Below are positions 13,759 to 27,599 of a stretch of DNA of 64,000 nucleotides, piece by piece (the first letter of the stretch is position 1; every line of letters begins with the position of its first letter). The notes beneath the pieces are model-generated. The model did no database searches. It was not told the DNA's origin and saw only the letters and a list, made by a program, of their open reading frames with translations. This DNA is from the human T2T-CHM13v2.0 reference genome, Homo sapiens. Both the position numbers and the translations under genes were made by a program. The stretch is from assembly GCF_009914755.1 (NCBI RefSeq), contig NC_060929.1; one strand, 5' to 3'.

Positions 13759-14865
13759 TTATTTTCAATAAGCCACTTGGGAAATGCTGATGATAACAGT
13801 ATTAAATGTGTTGGAATTTAAGCACTTGAAACCTGGTGGGGAGGCAATGATAGAAGGCTAATACCTCTTAAACTTTGATAACTGGGTAGGCAAACTGTGA
13901 CAGTGTATGTTACGATACAAGTAGGAAAAAGAAGCTGATTTGAAGGAAAATGTAAAGTTTAAAGTTCAAAAGCCATGATTATTAATAGATATTGGGGAAA
14001 AATATAATTTTGCAAAGATAGTTACTTCCCTAGAAAATCACTCAAGATCTGTCACGGGAAGAATTTAAAAAAACTGGCGGCTAAGCAGAATGTGAAAAAC
14101 TCTTTTTGAATTTATTTAAAATAAATACAATAAAAATATTCCAATTAAAGTGGGCAATTGAAGTGATATGTTTCGTGCCAAGTTTGATAAATTAATGCCT
14201 CTGTGGTTTACACGTTCTGACATCCATTGAGGATGATTCATCCTGGTGATTTCAGTTGTAAATTGTGTCTAATCAAGAAACAACTGAATTTTCTCTTTAA
14301 CAGCAATTTATACACTATGTTTATTTACAATATAATATTCATCCTGAAAATGATGTTGAATTTTGTGAAGTAATGATGAACTTTTAGAGACGCAAACTGA
14401 ACTATTTACAGATGAAATGACAGGATGTTTCAGATTTGCTTTCAAATTACCCAGTGGAATGAAGGAAAGTGGGTCAGAATTTAGATGGCATAAGATTGGC
14501 TGGGACTAAATAATTCTTTAAGCAGGGTGATAACCACATGAGGTTCCTTATAATATTTTTCATTACTTTTGCATATGTTTGAAATTTTCCATAATAAAAA
14601 GTTTTTGAAAAATACAATTAGACTCCCGAGATAAGAAGTTGGAATTGTGGTGGTATTGATTGTCACCATTTTGAGAGGACTGATAAAATTCAGAGATAAA
14701 ATTCATCTCTCTGGTGGGCAGCACAATAAATCCCTTGGAAAAAAATAAATAAATCAAACTCGGGCAGAAACTAAGGGGATTTCAACCTACCCATCTTTAT
14801 CCTCTGCTCACAGTAAGTTCTAAGATGTGGCTTCTCCCAGGAGTCTCAGTTATATGTTAGGTGCA

Positions 14866-14868
<3 letters not shown>

Positions 14869-14910
<42 letters not shown>
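14869..14910. repeat. (TA)n microsatellite
   Basis: About 21 perfect TA units. Confidence 0.95.
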
Positions 14911-14911
<1 letters not shown>

Positions 14912-15780
14912 TCTCATCTCTGAGTCATATGTTTTCCTAACTCAGCTTAAGTGGTAAGACCAATTTGGGAGAAGTATTGTGTAAGAAGGAACACATCAAT
15001 TTTTAAAATACTTTATTTAAAAACAGCTTATTTCAAAGGTTTCCTGTTTTTGTCTGAAGCAATTATAGACTTCAGCAGAAGCCAGGGTTCAAGGTTGGTG
15101 GGAGGCTTCTGAAAGTCCTTATTCATCTTCACTTTGAAAAAAAAATGCTCAAAATCAAACGTGTTTTCAGATGAAAAATTCAACAAAATGGTACTTTCAC
15201 ATTTAATTTGGATGATTGAAAACCTGGTAATATAATAAAAGTTATTTCAGGCTGTGTGTCAATTTTATATCTTTTTAAATGGCAAACGAAATTGAATTTA
15301 TCCTCCCATGCCGGGAAATGTCGGTATTCAAACAAGACCTTTCTTTCTTTTATTTTAAATGATGTTTGTTTTTGTTTGTTGTAGTTTGAGTAAAGCAGAA
15401 GTTTCAAAAGAGAAAACCGTGAAAGATAAAAACTGAAAAATTAGAAAGGGACTAGATCATCAAAGGCTTTAAATGATAAATTTCCATCTATATTTAAAGG
15501 AACTTTTAGTTGTATACACACGAGTGCCCAGCCTCTCTAGTATGTCTTTTCTCTGCAGGAGCCAAGTCAATCTCCTGAAAGAGATTTCCTGCTTTATTCT
15601 GTGAATTGGCAGTTATTAATATCCACCCCCACCTGCTGTGGGTAGGTCACAGTCATCTCTGAAGACAGCCTTAGAAACAACATGAACACAGGGATGATGT
15701 CTCACAGGCAGGATCTGGAGCCCAAGAAAAATATTCTCAGCTTGAGATTTCTATTGGAAGTTGGAATAGATCTGGTCATC

Positions 15781-16077
<297 letters not shown>

Positions 16078-16094
16078 GATCTGGTCAACTTTTT

Positions 16095-16875
16095 ACAAAA
16101 TATTAATTCCCTTCCTTCTTCCCCTGGAGGACAATTATACTTTCCTATTCCATTGACTTTGAGCTTGGCCAGGTATCTTACTTTGTTCAACAAAACAGAA
16201 GCAGACATAAGAGCAGAAGCTTTCAATGTGCTGTGTGACATGGCTTCTCTCCTAAGCTTCTTTGATCTGTCATGGGATGAACATGTCATGGGTAGAACAT
16301 GTCATGAGTAACTGTCAATCAAGGGCAATGGGGAGATCAGAACCCAATCTGAAGCCCAAAGAAAGCCCAGGTGACCTGCAGCCTGAAGCAGAGCTGCCCC
16401 AAATGACCCATAAACCTATGAGTAAAAAACTATAAAGGCTTGTTGCAAGCCTATGAATTTGGCAGTGGTGCCATGGTTTGAATATTTTTTGTCCTCTCTA
16501 AGATTTACATGTTGGAAACTCAACCTCAATGCCACCATGTTGGGAAGTGGGGGCCCTTGGGGAGCTGTTTAGGTCATGAGAGCTCCACCCTCATGAACAG
16601 ATTAATGCCACCATGAAAAGAGCTTGTGGGAATGGGCTGTCTCTCTCTTCTGCTCTTCAGTCCTGTGAGGACATAGGAAGGCATCATCTTGAAACCAGAG
16701 ACCAAACCTGAAGGTGACTTGATCTTGGATATCCCAGCCTCCAGAACTGTGAAAAATAAATTTCTGGTTTTTTATAAATTACCTAGTCTCCAGTAATTCT
16801 GTTATGGCAGCACAGAACAGACTAAGATGGGTGGTTTGTTATGCAGCATTTTTGCGTTAATAGCTGACTAACATA
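16095..16875 (+). mobile_element. MLT1-type MaLR LTR with a nested MST-type LTR (about 16469-16828)
   Basis: MST-like tgccatggtttgaat...cagcacagaacagactaaga sits between MLT1 halves (ctatgaatttgg | gtggtttgttatgcagca...agctgactaaca). Confidence 0.65.
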
Positions 16876-17000
16876 GAAATCATCTGCGCACACAGGAAAT
16901 GGAAACGTGAGAGCAGATGCATTTCCTAGAAAGAAGGCATAAAGCAGTGACTCACCCTGTTTATGGCTTATAGACTGTTTATGGCTTGTGGTTTATAGAC

Positions 17001-17340
17001 TGTGGTGGAGTAAATGTTTGTGTTCCCCCCACCAAATTCATCTGTTGAAATCCTAGCCCCCAAGATGATAGGATTAGGGGGTGGGGTCTTCGAGAGGCAA
17101 TTAGGTCATGAGAGGGGAACTCTCCTGGATGGGATTAGTGCCCTTATTAGAGAGAGAGCTCCCTCCATCCCTCCTGCATGTGAAGACATAACATGATGGC
17201 CATAGATGGCCATCTATAAACCAGGATGTAGGCTTTCACCAGACACCAAATCTACTGATAGCTTGATCTCAGACTCCTCAGCCTCCAGAACTGTAAGAAA
17301 TAAACATTTGTTGTTTAGGCAGCCAAAATGGACTAAGACA
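17001..17340 (+). mobile_element. MLT1A-type MaLR LTR
   Basis: aatgtttgtgttccccc...gttgaaatcctagccccc...ccagaactgtaagaaataaa...ggactaagaca. Confidence 0.8.
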
Positions 17341-18681
17341 TGGATTTTATTGAAAATCTAATAAATGCCTTTATCAGATTCTTCCCCAAAATAGCTTCCT
17401 TGCATCCACCCGCCTCTTTTCAGGTCTCCATACTATATGAGTCCATCTGATTGGCAGAATCTAAAATATGTCTGGAACTCAAGAAACAAAGGAGTTTAGG
17501 ATATGTAGCTTTTTAGCTTTCCAGCCCCTGAAACTCAGGAGGAGGTTAAGATCAACTTGAGTGAGCCAATCTACTCTTTCTAACAAACCACGATGTAAGT
17601 AGACAAGCAGTTTAGGGAGGAGAATGAGAAGATGAAGCTGGAGAGAATTAGGAGAAACTGATGTCATAGAAATCATGACAAGAAATAATATGAGGAAGAA
17701 GGAAATGGTTAATTATTTAAAATAGGTGACGCAGAGAAACACCACGTAAGAATGTAAAGTACTGCTGAATTGGGCAATAACAATGTCCCTCAACACCAAA
17801 ACAGGAGCTGCTTCATTGGTAGAAAGATGAGAAGGTAGAGACAATGAGTCCTAGAATACTCTTTACAGAGGTTGGTTGAGGAAGGAAGAGGAAGGATGTG
17901 GTTACCATCCATGAGACCTTGTGTGATAGTGAATCGTTCCTCAGTAAAGGATTGATAAACTCTGCCGTGGATAGACTAGAAAAGTTTCAATCTTTCTCCT
18001 TTGTGTCATTAAAAAAAAAAAAATCCTCTCCCTGTTCTCTAAGCTAACAGGTCTTCTTCTTGGGTCTCGCAAATCATCTTGTGAGTGAACAGAAGTGACT
18101 CTCAGATTTTCTTTGTATCTTCTTGTTGTGGAATTATCCTCACCCACAGCACAGGAAAGTTCCCTGAAGTGGCTGTCTCTGTGCTCCACTTTTCTTTTTG
18201 CCTCGTGCAACCTGTATCCCATTACCCCCAGGGAAAGCTGTCTCTCTTATTCATCTTCTTTGTCCTAAAATTCACATTAATTTTTACATCATACTCACAG
18301 TCCTCAACCCCCAGAGTTCCCTAAGTCAAACCATTCTTGGCTTCATGACTTTGGTAGATACTGCCAATAATCTCCCAATATCCATCTTCCCTTCTATTTT
18401 TTTTGGTAAAAGAATCCCCAAGTTTTACACGAGCCCAGCTAGAGACTAATTTCTTGTCTTCTTAAGCAGCTAGATGTGACCATGTGATTCTGTCTGAACC
18501 AAAGGGACTCTCACTTGTGCCTTAGGTGATGGCTGGCTGAAGAAATCTTGGGAGCCATATATTGAGCATGATAAAGCTGTCCTACCGACCCAGGCCACTT
18601 ATTCTGGACTGTTAAATGGGAGGGAGATAAATTTAGATTTTAGGTAAGCCACAGTGTTGTTGTTTTTTTTTTTTTCTTTAC

Positions 18682-19211
18682 TTGAAGGGGATCAGGATAC
18701 GCTACCCCAAAATATGCCACTTTAACGTAAGGTTTATTTTGACCCAAAGGCAACTGAAAATCAACAGATGTAGAAGAGTTCTCCACCCTCCCTTTATCTG
18801 CCTAGAAGTTGGGCATGAGTTTCCCTTTGTTATGGTGTCTATCTCCTGTATCAGGAAAAGGAGAGCAACTTATATCACCAGAGATGGAGAGTTGGCACCA
18901 AGATAAATCTGCATAACAGACCTTAGGAAAAGAACCTTTATCTTCTGTTAGTTTCCCCCATATATTTCCTAGTTACTTCCCCATGATTTATCATCCCTTG
19001 AAGTTCAAATTTTCCTTTATTAAAATTATATGTAAACTAGAAGTCTAACTACTTCTTTGAGTTTCACTTCTTTTCTGTGAACTCTTGTGCATATAAATAT
19101 TAGCAAAAATTGCACGCTTTTTCTCTCATTAATCTATCTTTTGTTAGTTTAATTCACAGGCCCCCAGATACTGAACCTAAGAGGACAGAGGAAAAGTTGT
19201 TTCTCCCTGAA
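18682..19211 (+). mobile_element. ERV1 solo LTR, MER34-like, adjacent to an MLT1 remnant
   Basis: Starts tgaaggggatcaggatacgctaccccaaaatatgccacttt, matching my recalled MER34 start. Confidence 0.65.
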
Positions 19212-19868
19212 AGACTATACCCTAAATAATACAAGGGTCACAAGGCATATTGCTCTCCTTTATAACAATGGCTGTGTGGTCCAGCTGCCACACAATATCC
19301 AAGACTGGTTCCACAATGACAACTGCATCTTTCAGGAACAGCTTCCATAACTTGTTCTCTGCCTATTAGAAGTCTCCTCTGACTAGAACAACATCGAAAG
19401 ATGTTTCTCTTCTATATCTCATGACATCTGGAGAATTTGGGGCAAGAATGAACAGCACCTTGTAGGATGCTCTTGGAAACTTTGTCTTCTTGGAAACAAT
19501 ATACATATTCCCCATGATCTTTTGGCCTTGGAGTCAGCCAGCTTGCAACAAATTCAAGCTCTACCTACCACTCAACAGCAATGCTACTGAGCTTTTCTCT
19601 GTCTCAGTTATAAAATGGGGTAATAATTGTACTTGTCTTCAAAAGTTGCTATGGCAATATTTTTAGGTGAAATTGTTATGCAAGTTTACATTATTATAAT
19701 TATACAGTTAAATTATCCTGCTTTTGCAAATGTTAGGACAAAACATGACCATGTAAACCAATCCTTGAGCCTCTCTCTGGGTCTATGGAAAAGTCTGTGT
19801 CATTAGCTTCACAGTAAATCCACTCTGACTACCTCACAGGGGAATTAGAGGATGACACAACATACAGT

Positions 19869-20292
19869 CAGGGCCACTGGCACAAAGGTAACTTTGTGCT
19901 TATTACACAAGGGTGACCCCTCCAGATTGACACAGGGCTCAGGGCCAGCAAAGCAAGGGCTAGATTTTAGCTCTCACTATTTTTCTTGGTTGGGGGCCTT
20001 TGGCATTGGCAAAACTGGAGGTTGCTGATATAGCTGGGGGTTGGTGCACTCCACCAAGGTCCTTGGCCAGCAGGGCGGAGGTGAGCAGGAACCACATTCA
20101 AGTCCCCTTTTCTTGCCAAGTTGTGTGTCTCGACATGCAGCTGCATATACCCAAGAATAGGGCATGTTTGGCTTCACACGAAATCTCTGTCTTTCTGCTA
20201 AACCCTGCACCTACTTTTCTCTAATGTGTGCAGAGGTGCCTTAGAGCTTGTGGGTGGGCCAGCACATTGCACCAGTATAGGTAGCAGCCCTG
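19869..20292. mobile_element. hAT-Tip100-type non-autonomous DNA transposon (MER91/MER45-like)
   Basis: Imperfect terminal inverted repeats CAGGGCCACT...gtagcAGCCCTG; no clear TSD. Confidence 0.4.
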
Positions 20293-20579
20293 ATCCCTGG
20301 CACGCAATAAGCACTTTACAAACCTAAATGTTCCTTTGTGTCCCTATCCCACCCCCCATTCTTTCCTACCTATATAATGTTTTCCTTACTTGCTCAACCT
20401 TGTATAACTCGAGGTCATTAAAAAAGTTAGTTTGCATATTTTCAAGGAAGCAATTGGAAACCTAAGTTGCTCCAGGGAATTGCCTTACCAGTGTGTCCCT
20501 GTGCTTCCAGGGGATTCCACATAAGATAACATCTTTGGGGATTTTGCCAGATTCCTTGTCTGTATGCATTGGGGCACCG

Positions 20580-21029
20580 TGACAAAAATCCTTCGCTTGG
20601 CCAAACTTTAGTCAGAGTCCTGAACCCTCTCGTAGGCTCATATGTGTATTTCCTCGTAAAATCTAGTTTTAGCAAGAACTCTGTTAAGTCAGTTTAGCAA
20701 GACCACCCCCTACCCCACCCACCCTCAATATCTGATCAGGTTCTTTATCATTCACCGTCTCCCAGGTGATGTCTTATCACCCTGGCCTGTCTTCAGCAAG
20801 AGTCTTGTGAGGTTGCCTTACACAGAATCCCCCTTACTCCTCAGGTTTCCCTTAGCACTTTTCCATCCACTGACCACCACCCTGCTCCTTGGCTATACAT
20901 TTCTACTTGCCCATGCTGTATTTGGAGTTGCAATCCCATTGCTGTGGTCCCTATACCTATGGGATGGTCCGAATAAAGTCTTTCTTAACAGGCTTTATTA
21001 ATTATCCATGAACAATTTTTTCTTTAACT
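20580..21029 (+). mobile_element. ERV1 solo LTR, MER31-like
   Basis: tgacaaaaatccttcgcttggccaaactttagtcag...gaataaagtc...ttttttctttaac. Confidence 0.75.
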
Positions 21030-21221
21030 AGCAGGGAAGGAATTTTCAGTTGTACCACTCTGGGAATGCCCAGAGCTCATCTTAGGCAAAGTCAAGCTAG
21101 AGGGCTGTGCCTGGCCAGTCTCAGGTGGTGGTGGTAGGATCAGGTAGCCAAGCATCAAAGTCCTCTGATGTCCGTCTTGCCTTTTGCACCGTGGTGGGAA
21201 GACGTGAAGCAAATTCCTCAA

Positions 21222-21260
21222 GTGGCCAGTTCTCTAAAAAGCAGCCACTAGAGGGCTCTA
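21222..21260 (+). promoter_or_regulatory. Candidate CTCF site with upstream motif
   Basis: Core CCACTAGAGGGCTC (21245-21258) preceded by GCCAGTTC at roughly the spacing of the CTCF upstream motif. Confidence 0.6.
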
Positions 21261-21267
21261 TAGGGGG

Positions 21268-21268
<1 letters not shown>

Positions 21269-21322
<54 letters not shown>

Positions 21323-21637
21323 CTCCCTCTCTCTCCCCTCTCTCCTCTCTCTCTCTCCTCTCTCTCTCTCCTCTCTCCTTCTCTCTCTCCTCTCTCTCTC
21401 CTCTCCTCTCTCTCTGTCTCTCTGTCTCTCTCCGTCTCTCTGTCTCTCTCTCTCCTCTCTCCTTCTCTCTCTCCTCTCTCTCTCCTCTCTCTCTCCTCTC
21501 TGTCTCTCTCTCTGTCTCTCTGTCTCTCTCTCTCCTCTCTCCTTCTCTCTCTCCTCTCTCTCTCCTCTCTCCTCTCTGTCTCTCTCTCTGTCTCTCTGTC
21601 TCTCTCCGTCTCTCTGTCTCTCTCTCTCCTCTCTCCT

Positions 21638-21688
<51 letters not shown>
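21269..21688. repeat. About 420-bp complex (CT)n polypyrimidine tract
   Basis: Almost pure C/T on the + strand with recurring higher-order blocks. Confidence 0.97.
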
Positions 21689-22524
21689 GCTTTGGACCTT
21701 TTCTAGGCTGGTTGAGGGGTTGAGAGTAGGCTTAGGTTAGGGAGCTGAACAGCAGGACAGCACAGGCCTTGCTCACATCACCCACATTATCTCTGCTGAG
21801 TGAGTTACCTTGAGGTAAAGGAGCAATTGATGGGCAATTGTCCATCAAAGTAGTCACACATTTAAAATGTTGGTAGTACAAAGGCTAATTTATACTCCCA
21901 CCAACAGCATTTGAGAATTAACTGTTGATCCACATACCTCATCAACACTGGGACATGACCAATCTTGTAAAATTTTCAACATGATAGATTAAAAATACAT
22001 ATTGAGCACATTTTTGTATTTTAATTAGCCATCCATATTTAGTCTGTTCATATCCTGTTAATATTCTTTGCCTTGGATGGACATTAAAAATGATAGTTTT
22101 TAATCCACAAAGTCTCACTGTACACATGAAATATGGTTTCTGTCTAGCCCTTTCCTACCGGAATATCAAACCGCCTTGGCCTAGTCCTCATTCCCTTCCA
22201 AACAAAATGTGGTCGCTTTCTGGTGAAGTCAGTGTTCCCGTGGTGTGTGATAGTTCAGTGTGTCCACAGTTTTATGATTGAGGCTGTAGATTGTTAGTTC
22301 TGTCTGCTTTCTAAGACCTTCTGAAGGGGCAGAGCTGGTTTGCTTAGTTGCTTTCTTCAGCAAAATGTATACTGTTCAATAAGTGTTGCAACTGACAGAT
22401 ATGTTTCAGCCTTGGCTTCTCCTTCCCAGGGAATAAATCTAATATGTGATTCTGACCACAGCGAATGTGTAAAACAGGGAATGTGGCTAACATCTATGCC
22501 ACCAGGAAAAATAAGCACTAAAGA

Positions 22525-22539
22525 GCTGCCCTCTGCTGA
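22525..22539 (-). promoter_or_regulatory. Candidate CTCF core motif
   Basis: Minus strand reads TCAGCAGAGGGCAGC. Confidence 0.4.
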
Positions 22540-22949
22540 TAAAAAAGCTTACTAGCATAACTTCAGATTCGTATCTGTAACAACTTATACTTTCGATGGT
22601 CTGAGAATTTCTTTTTCACTTAAAAAAAAAAAGCCTTGGCTTTCAAGTTATCCATAGTTCTTTTCGAAAAAATATGTGATCAATTAAGAAAACTTAGCAA
22701 TGTCTTTGAAGCTGTAAAAAATAAAGTAACTTATAACCCTACTATTTAGAGATAACCACAAATAACATATTTTCTATTTCCTCTTAGTCTATATTTTAAG
22801 TACGTATATACATGTATGATTTTTTCCCAAATTAGAATCCTGAGTCTACATTCTTTTCACTTATCATTGGCATTTTCCTGTCATTAAGTACTCTTCAAAA
22901 TCTGATTTTTAAAGCCTAAATGATATTCCACTATAAAGATATATCATAA

Positions 22950-23300
22950 TTTATTAACAAAGTTCCTCCTGTGCCCAGTGTGCTTGCTCATTCTGTCCGC
23001 TGCTGCCTCTCCTTGTGCACATGGGATGCTCGCATTTCCCCACCTCACTTGCAGTTCTGCTGGGGCCATGTGACTGGGTTCCAGCTGATAGAGTGTGGGT
23101 GAAAATGACTGGCCCGGGGCTAAAAAACTCATGTCTCCCTCCAGCTCTCTTGTCTGATGCTGCAGTGGCTTTGGAGGTTCTAGTTGACATGGCTGTAATA
23201 CGGAAGCAGCCTAGATTCCTGAGTTACCACTTGGCAGAGAAAAGACCATCTAATCGGCATCAGACTATATGATCTGAGTGAGAAACAAGCCTCTGTGAAT
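22950..23300 (+). mobile_element. Old MLT1-type LTR remnant
   Basis: catttcccc...ttgcagtt...ggggccatgtgactgggttc...tgagtgagaaacaagcctctgtg. Confidence 0.55.
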
Positions 23301-23511
23301 TACTGCACTTAGTGAAATGATGCCTTAAGTAAACCGACCTAATGGAAGACCTACAAGTGGCTTCCAACTTTACATTATTGTAAGTAAATAGCAATATTTT
23401 GGTTATTTCTAATTATGTTGCTGTCATAAATGAGAAATATTTGGGTTATTTTTTCCTATTTTAAGTAAATGGATAGTTACTATTTTCTTCTGTTTTTGTA
23501 TAATTTTGTAG

Positions 23512-24180
<669 letters not shown>

Positions 24181-24657
24181 AGAGAGAGAGTGTTTGGAGA
24201 GAGACAAGTTGAATTGTCTGCTGAACGACCCTGAAGTTGCCATCTGTTGATGGGCTGACCTGGAACAAGGGTTACCTCCTCCCCATGGGAGGGTCTGTGC
24301 CCCAACCCAGCGCCGTATGGGTTGAGGCATCTCTTCTTCAGCTCTACGAATCTAATTTCTAAAACTGTTGTCAGGTGCTAGGAGCCAGCATTCTCAGACA
24401 ATGGCTGCACAGCCTACATCTAAACTCAGGCTATTTGGCACCAAAGGTCTGCCTAGCTTACATAAAGCCCATTTGTTAATCTCAGCTCATACATACAACA
24501 CTTTAATTTAGTCTCTCTCTGTTAATCATCATTTTATTAATTTTAATTTTTAAATAATATATTTATATAAGTAAAAATTCAAAAGACAGAAAAAGGGAGA
24601 CTTAAGCCTCTCCTCTCTGACCCTTAGGCACCCAGGGACTTTCCTAGAGGAAACTAA

Positions 24658-24957
<300 letters not shown>

Positions 24958-26442
24958 TGTTTTTTGTTTTTTAAAATATATCTTAAGACATATTTTATCC
25001 TTTTCTATCCTCTTTTTCTTTTAAAAAATGCATCCTTTATGAACTGTCAAACTTTTATCCTTTGTCTATTTCAGTGCAAAAATTATCATATGACATTCAA
25101 TATCTTTCTTTATATCTGGCTCCAAACCTTCTTTATGAAGAATGTTTTACTTCCTTCCAATAGACATCTCTCTTTCCATTTAGCAGGCCTGGGAATTGCC
25201 TTTTCAATAAAGTCTGTTTTTTTTTGTTCAGATCTTTCTACCAGCCTGGAATTTCTGCCTCACTGCCTAACAGTCAGTCAGACATCTCTGGGTCTTCTTT
25301 GGTTCCAGCAAGCAATTTAGTTTCTTCCTCTCTTTAAACTGGGAAGTACTACCTTCCTTTCAGCTCTGACAAGGCTATACTGTAGAAAATGGGTCTCTCC
25401 TCCCTCCAGTTTCCCTGCAACTCAGAAACCCATTCAGAGCTTAATCAAGCCAGCACTGTCCCTGGAGACATGCAGAGCTGGATAGTGCTAATGAAATAGT
25501 TGGTAAAAGGATGCCTTCACCAACAAAGTATGCTTGCAAACAATCTTGCTGTTCCCATAAGAAAAATCAGCCCTCCTTGTCAGGAGGAAGATCCCCTTTC
25601 AGACACACCCTCTTGCTCATTTCCTATAATTCTGTTGTTATCTCTATTATCTGTCCTAGGCTCGTACTTTTTCTTTCTCGTAGCTCTTAAACCCCTCCTC
25701 CTTAACAGTCAAAAGTCATCACTCCTCTGAACTCCTGAAAGACTATTGCCTGTGCTTCTCAATCGGTGCTTATCACAAATAGCGTTTATTGTCATAGTCC
25801 ACAACTGGACAGTAAACTTCTTGAGGACAGGGACCAAGGCACAAGTTGTTTTATGGATTATCCAAAGAACCTAGTGCAATACCTTGTATATAAGCATTTT
25901 ATAAATATTTATTGATTATAAATTGAATATAACATTCAAAAAATAACAAGTGATGCTTCTTTTCTAGCAAGGCATTCTTTGATTTCAAAAATCATTATTT
26001 TTAAGAAGTAAAAATACCAATGATAAAAAGCCAATCTGCACAGACAGCTCTGAAAAGCACAAGCTTCTCTTGCTCCTCATCCTTCATCTTTATAAAGACC
26101 TTCTCCACAAGAATAACTTGTTACCAATTTCTTGTAATCCTATCCAGAACATTCTTATGTATCTACTCCATAAATATTAAGAAATTAAATAGATGAAATG
26201 GATATACTATATATACATTTCTGACTTCTGCTTTTTCACTGAGTTGTGCATGATGGACATATTTCCATAGGTGCACACATATATAATCTTCCTTCTTTTG
26301 AAAGAATGAATCATAGTTTTCAGTCTTCTATTAGCAGATTTTTAGATTGTAGTTCTTTGTTACTACAATATTCTTCTAATGAGCATTCGTGTGTTTGTGT
26401 GTGTGTATATAATTTTGCAAGTATGGATGTTTGTAAGCCTAA

Positions 26443-26822
<380 letters not shown>

Positions 26823-27599
26823 GTCTTCTTTTTCAAAACAAACATTTACAATTTTATGTTTAGGCATCATGTTCCATGATCTTATGATAGGAAGATAAGT
26901 TCTTATAATTATTTGTGGTTTGAGAGCTAAGAAAATTTATATAATAACATTTCTTTCTTTCTTGGGTGTGCTATCATTTTCTCTCTTAGCTTGGTTGCTT
27001 CGTATTAAATTTGAATAAACATGTTTCCCTAGCCTGTTCTCCATATATTTCCCGTGGGAGTATGAAAACTATCTGACCATTATTCCAAAGTGACTAAGCA
27101 TCATAGGCCACAGTATAATTGGACAAAAGGAGCTACATTTAAGTAGCTGATAAGATTGAGTATAAAAGTGAGTGCTTTTAGGAAGTTTTTGTTTTAGTGT
27201 ACATGGAGGTAAGTTAAGCACAAATAAGATAACAAACATAAAGGTATAGCTTACTGTAACTCACTCAAATGAATTTTGTGTTTAGCATTTGAACAAAGTT
27301 CAGAGGAAATCCAAGAATGCATTTAACTATTCTCTTTTTTTGATTAAAATTCTTTCCTTTGTATTATAGTGGTATTAATATTTATTTAAGCCTTCCTTCT
27401 AAAGTGATGTTCAGCCATAATAGATTAACCATACCTGATTTCAGAAGGTTTTTACTCAATTTCCAGATTTAGGTCTATGCAAATGTATTTCAATCTTCTG
27501 AAAAACTGGGTTGCATCCAAAAGAATGTTCTACTGGAGAGAAATCTAATTTAGCAAAGGAAACAGTTCATACTAGCTCCTCCCAATAACCTAGCCACTT

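Noticed and set aside
21107-21706. 199-aa Ser/Leu-rich ORF
   Set aside because: Translation of the (CT)n tract.
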